Positions 9,291 through 19,257 of a stretch of 64,000 bases of DNA are shown here, one piece after another. The notes beneath the pieces are model-generated. The model was not told the DNA's origin, did no database searches, and saw only the letters and a list, made by a program, of their open reading frames with translations. The position numbers and the translations under genes were made by a program. This DNA is from Bacteroidales bacterium. Its GTDB lineage: Bacteria; Bacteroidota; Bacteroidia; Bacteroidales; JAFGXI01. Numbering within the stretch: position 1 is the first letter of the stretch; each line of letters starts with the position of its first letter. The stretch is from assembly GCA_016936665.1 (NCBI GenBank), contig JAFGXI010000010.1:72611-136610 (forward strand), given 5' to 3'.

Positions 9291-11273
9291 ATGAACAGTT
9301 CAAGCAAATATTCGAATGCACTTATAAACGAAACCAGTCCTTATCTACTTCAGCACGCCCAAAATCCGGTAAATTGGCTTCCTTATTCCGAAGTAGCATT
9401 CGAACAAGCACAAAAACATAACAAACTAATTTTATTCAGCATTGGTTATTCAGCCTGCCATTGGTGCCACGTAATGGAGCACGAAAGCTTCGAAAATGAG
9501 GCTATTGCCAAAATCATGAATCAGCATTTTATTTGTGTAAAAGTCGATCGAGAAGAAAGACCTGATGTAGATCAAATTTATATGAATGCTGTTCAACTTA
9601 TAACCGGTAGTGGAGGTTGGCCTTTAAACTGCTTTGCGCTGCCCGATGGAAGTCCGGTTTGGGGAGGTACTTACTTTAGGCCAAAAGATTGGGAAAACAT
9701 TTTAAACAGTTTAGCTCATGGCTATACAAGTAATCCTGTAAAATACATTCAAGCAGCAGAACAAATCAAACAAGGTATTGCTCAAACAGAAATGGTTATT
9801 CAAAAAAAAGAAATTGAAGCATTTTCTAAAGCAGAAATTGATGAAAAAATAATACATCTTATTACTCAATTCGATACCAATTATGGTGGATTTATTGGAC
9901 AACCCAAATTCCCATTGCCAGGACTTTGGAAAATGCTTTTAAATTTTGGATTAAAAAAACAAAGAAAAGACATTGTCGAGCATGTCTTATTTACCTTAAA
10001 AAAAATGGCTTATGGAGGCATTTACGATCAGATTGAAGGTGGTTTTGCTCGATATTCTGTCGATAATCGTTGGCATGTCCCTCATTTCGAAAAAATGTTA
10101 TACGACAATGCTCAGCTTATCGAGCTATTTGCACTGGCTTACCGAGTTGAGAATGAGCCTGTTTTTTTACGTGTTATCGAGCAAACGAAAAAGTGGTTAC
10201 ATAAAGATCTGAAAACAGAGGATCATCTTTTCCAATCTGCAATAGATGCCGATAGCCAAGGTACAGAAGGTTTATACTATTTATGGAGCGAAGAAGAGTT
10301 AATGAAAATGCCCGGAGATTCTTGGAAAGAAGTAAAATCGTATTTCAATATTGCAGCAGATCAGATATTCGAAAAACGCTATATTTTACAAGTACCTTCA
10401 ATGGATGAGCCAACATTGGCAATTCAATCAGTTATTGTCGAATTACTAAAAGAACGACAAACCAGAATAAAGCCTGAAACGGATTCTAAAGTCATCTGTT
10501 CTTGGAATGCTCAATTACTCAATGCATTATGCGAATCTTATAAAGCAAACCCCGATTTAAAAATCCGCTCTATGGCTTTGTTTTTGGGTAAAGCTATGAT
10601 AGAAAACTTTGTAAATAATAATGGCGAACTATTAAGAATAAATCATCCTAAAAAACAAATAAACGGTTATCTCGACGATTATGCTTTTACCATTCAGGCA
10701 TTAATCAATTTATACGAAATCAGTTTAGACGACTCGTGGTTAGAACAAGCTCTAAAATTGACAGAAACTACAATCGCTCTATTTTTCGACACAGAAAGTC
10801 ACATGTTTTTTTATACTGATAAAAACACCAAAATTATAATACGAAAAATGGAACTGTCCGATAATGTTATTCCATCTTCGAACGCGGTTATGGCTTCGAA
10901 TTTAAAAACACTTTCAATACTAACAGAAAACCCTTACTGGGCGTCGTTTTACAAGCAAATGTTAGCAAATATTTATAATGATGCAATGAACAATGTATAC
11001 TTTCATTATGAATGGGTAAATCTATTATTGTCGGAAGTTTCTAATTCCGAAGAACTTGTTGTTATAGGAAAACAAGCTGAAGAATTTTTAAAAAATATTT
11101 ATAAACAGTATCGACCTTATTTGAAAATAATAGCATCGACAGAGAAAAACGACGATTTGCCTTTACTTAAAAACCGATACAAAGCAGAGCAAACACTTAT
11201 TTATCATTGTATTAATAATGCATGTTCCCTACCTGTCGAATCGTTCGAAGAATGGGGAGTTAAGTATAAATAA
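9291..11273 (+). CDS. Thioredoxin-domain protein, DUF255 / YyaL (SSP411-like) family
   Basis: About 660 aa. N-terminal thioredoxin-like domain with the hallmark [14 protein letters not shown] motif, then a long helical (alpha/alpha-barrel-like) region. The ATG at 9291 is preferred over the TTG at 9276. Confidence 0.85.
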   Translation: MNSSSKYSNALINETSPYLLQHAQNPVNWLPYSEVAFEQAQKHNKLILFSIGYSACHWCHVMEHESFENEAIAKIMNQHFICVKVDREERPDVDQIYMNAVQLITGSGGWPLNCFALPDGSPVWGGTYFRPKDWENILNSLAHGYTSNPVKYIQAAEQIKQGIAQTEMVIQKKEIEAFSKAEIDEKIIHLITQFDTNYGGFIGQPKFPLPGLWKMLLNFGLKKQRKDIVEHVLFTLKKMAYGGIYDQIEGGFARYSVDNRWHVPHFEKMLYDNAQLIELFALAYRVENEPVFLRVIEQTKKWLHKDLKTEDHLFQSAIDADSQGTEGLYYLWSEEELMKMPGDSWKEVKSYFNIAADQIFEKRYILQVPSMDEPTLAIQSVIVELLKERQTRIKPETDSKVICSWNAQLLNALCESYKANPDLKIRSMALFLGKAMIENFVNNNGELLRINHPKKQINGYLDDYAFTIQALINLYEISLDDSWLEQALKLTETTIALFFDTESHMFFYTDKNTKIIIRKMELSDNVIPSSNAVMASNLKTLSILTENPYWASFYKQMLANIYNDAMNNVYFHYEWVNLLLSEVSNSEELVVIGKQAEEFLKNIYKQYRPYLKIIASTEKNDDLPLLKNRYKAEQTLIYHCINNACSLPVESFEEWGVKYK

Positions 11274-11360
11274 TGTCCGTTATTGAATAAATTAACAATT
11301 ATTAAAATGCACTATCGGGTATAAAATATGAAAGCACTCGAAAAACTCAATTCAATTACT

Positions 11361-11368
11361 TACATTTG
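11361..11368 (+). promoter_or_regulatory. -7 promoter box (TAnnTTTG) for secA
   Basis: TACATTTG, 27 nt upstream of the ATG at 11395. Confidence 0.35.
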
Positions 11369-11394
11369 TGTTTCAAATTTTTTCAACGGAAATC

Positions 11395-14300
11395 ATGAGT
11401 GTAATCAATAAAATACTTGGAAAATTCATCGGAAACAAATCCGATCGAGATATTAAATCTATTTCACCAATTGTTGATGAAATTAAAAAAGAGTACGCCA
11501 AAATTAGTCAATTATCCAACGACGATTTGCGCGCAAAAACCATTGAATTAAAACAACAGATTCAAGATTTTATTAAAGATGAGAACAATGAAATCCAACG
11601 ATTAAAAGACAGCATCGTAGAGCAAAAACTAGATATAGATGCTAGAGAAGACGTTTATAAAAGCATTGATAAAATAGAAGAAAGCATCGACGAAAAAATC
11701 GAAGATATTCTCAATCAAATATTACCTACTGCATTTTCAATTGTAAAAGAAACGGCTAAACGATTTGCAGAAAACGACTACATTGAAGTAACAGCTAATG
11801 AATTCGATCGAAATTTAGCAGCAACCCGCTCGTCGGTAGAAATAAATGGCGACAAAGCAAAATACCATTCTTCTTGGTTTGCAGGAGGTACCGAAATTCG
11901 TTGGGACATGATTCATTACGATGTTCAGTTAATTGGAGGAATCGTATTGCATCAAGGCAAAATATCGGAAATGGCAACGGGAGAGGGAAAAACCTTAGTG
12001 GCAACCTTACCTGTTTTCTTAAATGCCCTTCCCGGCCGTGGCGTTCACTTGGTTACTGTAAACGATTATTTAGCGAAAAGAGACGCCGAGTGGATGGGCC
12101 CTTTATTCGAGTTTCATGGTTTAAGTGTCGATTGTATCGATAAACACCAACCCAATTCCGATCCAAGAAGAAAAGCATACAATGCCGATATCACTTACGG
12201 AACTAACAACGAATTTGGCTTCGACTACTTGAGAGATAACATGGCATTGAGTCCTGAAGATTTGGTTCAACGTAAACACAATTACGCCATTGTCGATGAG
12301 GTTGACTCTGTATTAATCGACGATGCAAGAACACCATTAATCATTTCCGGACCAACCCCAAAAGGCGATCATCATGAATTTGACGAACTCAAACCAAGAA
12401 TCGAAAGGTTAGTAAAATTTCAACGCGATCTTACTTCTCAAATCCTCATCGACGCTAAAAGATTAATAAAAGAAGGCAACGAAAAAGAAGGCGGTAAATT
12501 ATTACTTAGAACATACAAAGGTTTACCAAAAAACAAAGCTTTAATTAAGTTTTTGAGCGAAGAAGGTATGAAAGCTCTTTTGCTTAAAACGGAAAACTTT
12601 TATATGCAAAACAATAACAAAGACATGCCTATCATTACCGATGAATTGTACTTTGTAATTGATGAAAAAAATAATCAAATCGAATTAACCGATAAAGGGA
12701 TCGACTTAATAACCGATTCTGGCGAAGATCCTGAATTCTTCGTTTTACCTAACATCGGTGAAAAAATAGCCGACATCGAAAAACAAATTTCAGACCCCAA
12801 GGAAAAATTAACAGCAAAAGATGCTTTATTGAGCGATTACAGTGTAAAAACAGAACGCGTACATACAGTTAATCAATTGCTAAAAGCCTATACACTTTTC
12901 GAAAAAGAAGTCGAGTATGTGGTTATCGACAATAAAGTTAAAATTGTTGATGAGCAAACCGGCCGTATCATGGAGGGGCGTCGTTACTCAGATGGACTGC
13001 ATCAAGCCATAGAGGCTAAAGAAAACGTAAAAATTGAAGCCGCAACTCAAACATACGCAACTGTTACCTTACAGAATTACTTCCGTATGTATCATAAGCT
13101 TTCCGGTATGACAGGTACAGCTGAAACAGAAGCCGGAGAATTGTGGGATATTTATAAGTTGGATGTTGTGGTTATTCCAACCAATAGACCCATTTCAAGA
13201 AACGATTGGGAAGATTTCATTTACAAAACGAAAAGAGAAAAATACAATGCCGTTATTGACGATATTGTTAAACTTATAGAAAAAGGGAGACCCGTATTAG
13301 TAGGTACAACAACTGTAGAAATTTCGGAACTTTTAAGCCGAATGCTCAAATTACGAGGCATCAAACATAATGTATTAAATGCAAAGCTTCACAGTCGAGA
13401 GGCCGACATTGTGGCCGAAGCAGGTAAAACAGGCGCAGTAACCATTGCCACAAATATGGCTGGTCGTGGTACAGACATCAAGCTAAGTAGCGATGTTAAA
13501 AAGGCCGGCGGTTTAGCAATTATTGGTACAGAAAGGCACGAGTCTCGACGAGTTGACAGACAGCTACGTGGCCGTTCCGGCCGTCAAGGCGACCCCGGAT
13601 CTTCGCAGTTCTACGTTTCTTTAGAAGACGACTTAATGCGTTTATTTGGATCCGACAGAATAGCAAAGATGATGGATAGATTGGGCTTAAAAGAAGGGGA
13701 AGTCATTCAGCACTCCATGATTACTAAATCTATCGAAAGAGCTCAAAAGAAAGTCGAAGAAAACAATTTTGGAATTCGTAAACGTCTGCTCGAATACGAC
13801 GACGTGATGAATGCCCAAAGAGAAGTCATATATAAAAAACGTAAACATGCTCTTTTAGGTGAACGTATTGGCGTTGACATTGCCAACATGCTGTACGATG
13901 TGTGCGAAAATTTAGTGCACGAGCACCATGGTCATAGCGAATTCGAAGAATTTGAAATAGAGCTTATTCGTGTATTATCTGTTGAACCACCGGTTGACGA
14001 AGCGGAATATAAAGCCATTGGTACCGAAAAGTTAGTCGATAAAGTTTACGATGAAACTATAGAAATTTATAAACGAAAAACAAAAGCAATAGCAGAGCAA
14101 GCATGGCCAGTAATTAAAGATGTATTCGAAAATCAACCCGGCTACGAAAATATTGTTGTCCCGATTAGCGACGGAAACCGAGTATTCCAAGTTAACACGA
14201 ACATGCAAAAAGCTTATGATACTGAAGGAGAAGAAGTGATTACTTCTTTCCAAAAAATCATAATGTTAGCCACTATTGATGATATTTGGAAAGAACATCT

Positions 14301-14670
14301 AAGAGAAATGGACGATTTAAAACAATCTGTTCAAAATGCCTCTTATGAGCAAAAAGACCCATTACTAATCTATAAATTCGAATCGTTTGAACTCTTTAAG
14401 AAAGTCGTAGATCGTTTAAATAAAGAAGTCATTGCTGGTTTACTGAAAGCTCATATCTTTTTAAGAGAGGCTCAGCAAGTTAAATCGAACATCGCTCCCG
14501 CTAGACTCGACTTAAGTCGTTTAGAAACAGGCCGAGAGGAAAAACAATCCGATCAAAAAGATAAGAAAGCACAGCCTGTAAGAGTTGAGAAAAAAGTGGG
14601 CAGAAACGACCCTTGCCCATGCGGAAGTGGAAAAAAATATAAAAATTGCCACGGAAAAGTTAACGAATAG
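11395..14670 (+). CDS. secA: Preprotein translocase ATPase SecA
   Basis: Walker [50 protein letters not shown]-terminal zinc-binding [14 protein letters not shown]. The ATG at 11395 ([11 protein letters not shown]...) is preferred over the upstream start in the track. Confidence 0.97.
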   Translation: MSVINKILGKFIGNKSDRDIKSISPIVDEIKKEYAKISQLSNDDLRAKTIELKQQIQDFIKDENNEIQRLKDSIVEQKLDIDAREDVYKSIDKIEESIDEKIEDILNQILPTAFSIVKETAKRFAENDYIEVTANEFDRNLAATRSSVEINGDKAKYHSSWFAGGTEIRWDMIHYDVQLIGGIVLHQGKISEMATGEGKTLVATLPVFLNALPGRGVHLVTVNDYLAKRDAEWMGPLFEFHGLSVDCIDKHQPNSDPRRKAYNADITYGTNNEFGFDYLRDNMALSPEDLVQRKHNYAIVDEVDSVLIDDARTPLIISGPTPKGDHHEFDELKPRIERLVKFQRDLTSQILIDAKRLIKEGNEKEGGKLLLRTYKGLPKNKALIKFLSEEGMKALLLKTENFYMQNNNKDMPIITDELYFVIDEKNNQIELTDKGIDLITDSGEDPEFFVLPNIGEKIADIEKQISDPKEKLTAKDALLSDYSVKTERVHTVNQLLKAYTLFEKEVEYVVIDNKVKIVDEQTGRIMEGRRYSDGLHQAIEAKENVKIEAATQTYATVTLQNYFRMYHKLSGMTGTAETEAGELWDIYKLDVVVIPTNRPISRNDWEDFIYKTKREKYNAVIDDIVKLIEKGRPVLVGTTTVEISELLSRMLKLRGIKHNVLNAKLHSREADIVAEAGKTGAVTIATNMAGRGTDIKLSSDVKKAGGLAIIGTERHESRRVDRQLRGRSGRQGDPGSSQFYVSLEDDLMRLFGSDRIAKMMDRLGLKEGEVIQHSMITKSIERAQKKVEENNFGIRKRLLEYDDVMNAQREVIYKKRKHALLGERIGVDIANMLYDVCENLVHEHHGHSEFEEFEIELIRVLSVEPPVDEAEYKAIGTEKLVDKVYDETIEIYKRKTKAIAEQAWPVIKDVFENQPGYENIVVPISDGNRVFQVNTNMQKAYDTEGEEVITSFQKIIMLATIDDIWKEHLREMDDLKQSVQNASYEQKDPLLIYKFESFELFKKVVDRLNKEVIAGLLKAHIFLREAQQVKSNIAPARLDLSRLETGREEKQSDQKDKKAQPVRVEKKVGRNDPCPCGSGKKYKNCHGKVNE

Positions 14671-14702
14671 TATATAAGTGTTGGTATTATTAAAAATATT
14701 AT

Positions 14703-14710
14703 TACATTTG
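14703..14710 (+). promoter_or_regulatory. -7 promoter box (TAnnTTTG)
   Basis: TACATTTG, 40 nt upstream of the ATG at 14750. Confidence 0.3.
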
Positions 14711-14749
14711 GAGAACTAAATTTAAATAAATATTTAAAACCTATAAAAA

Positions 14750-15298
14750 ATGAAGAAATTATCTATTTTATTCGCAGGATTATTTGTTGCAACAACAATT
14801 TTCACTAGCTGTTCTAAAGACGAAACTTCTACAGGAACAAACAACATAGGCAAAGCTACTATTACAGGAAAAGTATGGATGGATTATCAAGATCAATCTA
14901 ACAATCCAACTGCTAGTTTAGCCAATAGTTATTCTGAATATGCACCTGCAGGAACTCAATTAATCGCTGAGATCAATGCTCAAGATTTAGTTCAGGACAA
15001 CGGTACTGCTACTCTAGAAAAGAAGACCTATTACACAACTGTAGATGCTGCTGGTAATTATACTTTTTCTATTGATGCAGGAGCAAAACCTGTAACAGTA
15101 ACTATTAAAGGTGAAGAAATGATGCAAGCTTATAGCCATTGGGAAGATACAAACTTCGACTCGACATATGACTCTTACGTTACATACGAAAGATTTTCTT
15201 GGTCAACTGGAGCTTCGATTGTAACAGTGGTTAACAAGCAAGATCATATTCTTGATATTACTTATAACCCTACAATGTTAGAACAAGATCATAACTAA
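14750..15298 (+). CDS. Hypothetical lipoprotein
   Basis: 182 aa. Signal peptide with lipobox (FTSCSKDE). ATITGKVWMD... resembles a carboxypeptidase-regulatory-like beta-sandwich. No other recognisable motif. Confidence 0.55.
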   Translation: MKKLSILFAGLFVATTIFTSCSKDETSTGTNNIGKATITGKVWMDYQDQSNNPTASLANSYSEYAPAGTQLIAEINAQDLVQDNGTATLEKKTYYTTVDAAGNYTFSIDAGAKPVTVTIKGEEMMQAYSHWEDTNFDSTYDSYVTYERFSWSTGASIVTVVNKQDHILDITYNPTMLEQDHN

Positions 15299-15311
15299 GG
15301 TTCAATAAAAC

Positions 15312-15348
15312 AAAAAAGAGAGGTTAATATTTTAACCTCTCTTTTTTT
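15312..15348. terminator. Bidirectional Rho-independent terminator between convergent genes
   Basis: AAAAAAGAGAGGTTAA-tatt-TTAACCTCTCTTTTTTT. A-run and T-run flank an 11-bp stem. Overlaps the stop codon of the minus-strand crotonase gene. Confidence 0.85.
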
Positions 15349-16108
15349 ATGCATTTTTCCCAAAATTCATAATCCGTTCTTTCCACTCCTTGGTTTGGGA
15401 TAAATATGCAAAGTTGTCTGCTGCATACAACTTTTGCGACTCAATATCTTTTGCAAGCAAAGTATTTAATGTTCTTTTTGTGTAGAAAAGCGCCATGTCT
15501 GTACCTTCTAATATCTGTTGTGCTATTTTTACTGCTTCTTGCATTAAATCGTCTTTAGCAACCACTCGATTCACCAAACCGATACGATAGGCTTCATGAG
15601 CATCGACCATTCTTCCTGTAAATAATAAATCTCTGGTGTAATTTAAACCGATTAAATTACTTAAATATAAAGTACAAGTTACCGGAAGAATAGCGCCTAG
15701 CTTTACTGCAGGGAAGCCCATTTTTGCAGTATCGGCAGCAATACGAAAATCGGTCGAAGCAGCATATCCTAAGCCTCCTCCAAGAGCATAGCCATTAATA
15801 GCCGTTATAACAGGTTTAGTAAAATTGAATAAAACCTCAGAACTGCCTTCCAACAACAAAGCGTAATCTCTGGCATCTTCGATAGAATTAAAATTTTGAA
15901 GAATTTTAAGATCAACCCCCGAAGAAAATGACTTATCACCTGCTCCCGTTAAAATCACAATTCGGATAGCTTCATCCTTTTCTAACGATTTAAGCGTTTT
16001 AGTAAACTCTCCAAGCAGTTCTCTACTAAAAGAATTATGAACCTCTGGTCGGTTTAGTGTTAAAATGGTAATACCATCTTTTCTTACATCTTTTTGAATT
16101 AAACTCAT
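15347..16108 (-). CDS. Crotonase-fold (enoyl-CoA hydratase/isomerase superfamily) protein lacking both canonical catalytic glutamates
   Basis: 253 aa. Oxyanion-hole elements FSSGVDL and NGYALGGG are present. By-eye alignment to rat ECH (GGGCELAM / FGQPEILLG) gives GGGLGYAA / MGFPAVKLG, i.e. Glu144->Gly114 and Glu164->Ala134. Confidence 0.8.
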   Translation of the reverse strand: [253 protein letters not shown]

Positions 16109-16119
16109 GGTTACAATTT

Positions 16120-17403
16120 TTATATTTTATCAATAATCGACTTCATTGCCGATGTTACTGTTTTCAACTCTTGATAGGTAATAATAAAAGGAGGCATAGT
16201 GTAAAATAAACGCCCAAATGGCCTTAACCAAACGCCCATATTCACCAGTTCTTCTTGTATCCAAACCATATCTACAGGCTCCTTTAGCTCAACAACACCT
16301 ATAGCCCCAAGCACACGAACATCAACCACTTTACTTTGGGTTTTCAATGCCATTAAATCTTCTCTTAATTGATATTCAATATTTTGAACATTATCTTGCC
16401 AAGAGCTACTTAATAACAAATCGATGCTTGCATTTGCAACAGAACAAGCCAAAGGATTGGCCATAAACGTGGGTCCATGCATAAAAACGCCGGGATTTCC
16501 TTTAGAAATTGTATTTGCAACTTTTGATGTTGTGAGTGTTGCTGCAAAACTTAAGTAGCCACCTGTTAATGCTTTTCCTAAGCACATAATATCGGGAGAA
16601 ACATCGGCATATTCACATGCAAACAAACGACCTGTACGTCCAAAACCGGTCGCAATTTCATCTGCTATTAACAAGATATCGTAGTGTTGACAAAGTCTGT
16701 AAGCTTCTCTTAAAAACTGAGGATGATAAAAGCGCATGCCTCCGGCTCCTTGAACAATAGGCTCAAGAATGAATGCTGCTATTTCGTTATGTCTTTGTTC
16801 TATCGTTCGGGATAGTTCATCTATTGCCGAGCCGCACCATGGTTCGTCGAAAAGAACTTGAGGTTCTTCGATAAAAATTTGTTCAGCCAATCTATTATTA
16901 AATATGGAATGCATCCCAGTTACAGGGTCGCAAACCGACATGGCGTGCCAAGTGTCGCCATGGTAGCCTCTTTTAATAGTTAAAAATTTATTTTTATTAA
17001 CATTAGCTTTCGAATGCTGATATTGCAAAGCCATTTTCATGGCCACTTCTACAGCAACGCTACCTGAGTCCGAGAAAAAAACTTTTTCTAATCCTTGAGG
17101 TGTTAACTCTACCAGTTTTTTTGCTAATTCAATGGCGGGTTGATGCGTTAACCCTCCAAACATTACATGTGCCATTTGATCGGTCTGGTCTTTAATGGCT
17201 TTATTTAGTTGAGGATGATTATAACCGTGCACAACCGCCCACCACGACGACATACCATCGATAACAGTTCTATCATCTTCTAAAGTGAGGGTTACCCCTT
17301 TTGCTGATTTAACAGGATAAACAGGTAATGGTTCAGACATCGAAGTGTACGGATGCCAAATGTGCCCCCTATCGAATGATAACAAATCCTCAATTGCTTT
17401 CAT
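16120..17403 (-). CDS. bioA: Adenosylmethionine-8-amino-7-oxononanoate aminotransferase (DAPA synthase)
   Basis: 427 aa. Collinear by eye with recalled E. coli BioA: [78 protein letters not shown] (PLP Lys), [23 protein letters not shown]. Confidence 0.92.
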   Translation of the reverse strand: MKAIEDLLSFDRGHIWHPYTSMSEPLPVYPVKSAKGVTLTLEDDRTVIDGMSSWWAVVHGYNHPQLNKAIKDQTDQMAHVMFGGLTHQPAIELAKKLVELTPQGLEKVFFSDSGSVAVEVAMKMALQYQHSKANVNKNKFLTIKRGYHGDTWHAMSVCDPVTGMHSIFNNRLAEQIFIEEPQVLFDEPWCGSAIDELSRTIEQRHNEIAAFILEPIVQGAGGMRFYHPQFLREAYRLCQHYDILLIADEIATGFGRTGRLFACEYADVSPDIMCLGKALTGGYLSFAATLTTSKVANTISKGNPGVFMHGPTFMANPLACSVANASIDLLLSSSWQDNVQNIEYQLREDLMALKTQSKVVDVRVLGAIGVVELKEPVDMVWIQEELVNMGVWLRPFGRLFYTMPPFIITYQELKTVTSAMKSIIDKI

Positions 17404-19257
17404 TTACCAGCGATTATCAGAAACTAAATAACCATGACGACGAACTGTTAAAATATTTTCAAAAGTATCATCAACACCTTCAATTTTGATCAAGTATAAA
17501 CTTTTAACAATGTTTTCAGCAACAGTATCGACATCTAATATTTTAGCCTGATTGATCTGTTGCATGGCTATAAAAGCTTGTTTTGGATTCAATTCATTTG
17601 TCATTCCTGTAGCGACAACTCCCGGCATATAATAAATCATTCTTAACCCTTTACTAAAAGCCTCCCAAGAGGCACTTGCAACAAAGCCATGCAATGCCTT
17701 TTTACTCGAAACATAAGCCGAAGAGCCGGCAAACTGAGCATCTTCTGCTGCAGAGCCTAACCAAACCACCGAAGAGTTGATACTATCGAACAAGTTCTGA
17801 TAAATGCTAACTAAAGATTGATAATTAATTTGATGCACCTGTTTATACATTTCAGGTTGAATTTCAGAACCAGAGATCAATCCCCCACTAATGCCTGGTG
17901 TAAAAATCAAGTGGTCTATAGAAGTATATGCTTTTTTTAAGGATTCAATAAAATGATGGATAGAATTGAAATCCATCAAATTCAATTCAAAACCTTCAGC
18001 ACTAGGGAATTTTGAATTTATTTCTTCTGCTTTATTTTCGTTTCTATATGTGAAAATGATATTTGCTTCGCGCTTTTTTAGGGCTTCGAGAATAGATAAT
18101 CCAATTCCTCCTGACGCTCCTACAACAAGTACATTTTTTCCTTTGAGGTCGCCTTCAATTTGTAAATTTAATTTGGCCTTTTTTGGTACTATATATGAGA
18201 ACGCTCCATATTTACCTCCTACTCCGGCTGTTGCACTAAGAATTTTCTTACCTTCAGTTAATGTGCCAGATTGATTTAGAAGCGATAAACTTAGTAAAAC
18301 CGTAGAGCCCGAAACATTACCAAATTGTCTTTGTGCTTCGAGATAGAGTTTTTCTTTCGGCAGATTCAAAGTCTTAGCCACATCAATTAAAATGGCATTT
18401 CCTGTTTGATGTGGTACCAACAAATCGATTTCATCGACAGACCATTTTGTCTTTTCTAATATCGACTTAGTAGATTTTATTAAATTGATGATGGCGCGAT
18501 CTTTAATGACGCTTTCTCCCATGTATAAATTCCACGATTTATCTACCCCTACAAAGTCGATCATATGAAGGTCTTGAAAGTTCTCGATAGCTACTATGCC
18601 TTCTTTTTCTTCACTTTCAACTTTCGATAGTATTACAGCTCCTGCCCCATCGCCAAAGGTTACAAACGAAACAAACTTGCTTTTCTCAGTTAAAAAACTA
18701 GACATCGTTTCGGTGTGAGCCACAACCACATGTTTTGCCGAGTTGTGATCTTTTAAATACTCCAAAGCACGTTCAAGGTTCAAATTAAAACCAGAACAAC
18801 CGGATGCTAAAGTAAAGGTCGGTGTTAAATTGTTGCGATCGACAAAATAGGTTTTTATAGTCGCGGCTATCCCTGGTGCTTGCTCGTGTGGCGATACCGT
18901 AGAAACAAACCATGCATCAATTAATTTAGGATCGATATTCGCATCGTTAAAAGCATTGTTTATTGCTCTAACTGCTAGTTCTGTAGAATTTTCTGTTCTT
19001 AAAAAATGTTTTTTCTTTGGAGGAAATGGGACTACCGTGTTTCGATATTTAAATCCCATCTTATATTCGGCAAAGTAATCGAATGGAGAAACTCCTGGAT
19101 GCCTCTCTGAAAACTGCTGATAATTTTTGCTCGATAATACCTTTTGTTCATCAAAGCCACTTAATAGACCTTTTTGTGTAGCTTCAAAAATATCTTCATT
19201 TGTAATCTGATAACGACCAACAGCATGGCCGATACCGGAAAATATATAATTAATCAT
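17404..19257 (-). CDS. Fusion protein: N-terminal 3-oxoacyl-ACP synthase III (FabH/KASIII-like) + C-terminal short-chain dehydrogenase/reductase
   Basis: KASIII triad visible, numbered from the track's 629-aa ORF: Cys166 in LASGCSGF, His295 in LLVPHQTGN, Asn326 in QFGNVSGST. SDR half has a Rossmann GASGGIG (392-398) and catalytic Y527-x3-K531 (AYVSSK). The start at 19257 (MINYIFSG...) is preferred; an alternative ATG lies at 19293. The stop abuts the bioA ATG. Confidence 0.85.
   Translation of the reverse strand: MINYIFSGIGHAVGRYQITNEDIFEATQKGLLSGFDEQKVLSSKNYQQFSERHPGVSPFDYFAEYKMGFKYRNTVVPFPPKKKHFLRTENSTELAVRAINNAFNDANIDPKLIDAWFVSTVSPHEQAPGIAATIKTYFVDRNNLTPTFTLASGCSGFNLNLERALEYLKDHNSAKHVVVAHTETMSSFLTEKSKFVSFVTFGDGAGAVILSKVESEEKEGIVAIENFQDLHMIDFVGVDKSWNLYMGESVIKDRAIINLIKSTKSILEKTKWSVDEIDLLVPHQTGNAILIDVAKTLNLPKEKLYLEAQRQFGNVSGSTVLLSLSLLNQSGTLTEGKKILSATAGVGGKYGAFSYIVPKKAKLNLQIEGDLKGKNVLVVGASGGIGLSILEALKKREANIIFTYRNENKAEEINSKFPSAEGFELNLMDFNSIHHFIESLKKAYTSIDHLIFTPGISGGLISGSEIQPEMYKQVHQINYQSLVSIYQNLFDSINSSVVWLGSAAEDAQFAGSSAYVSSKKALHGFVASASWEAFSKGLRMIYYMPGVVATGMTNELNPKQAFIAMQQINQAKILDVDTVAENIVKSLYLIKIEGVDDTFENILTVRRHGYLVSDNRW

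Noticed and set aside
16120-17403. Possible horizontal acquisition of bioA (high by-eye similarity to gammaproteobacterial BioA; it seemed slightly GC-richer)
   Set aside because: I cannot compute GC or codon statistics or run phylogeny here. BioA is generally well conserved, so the impression is not reportable as a finding.
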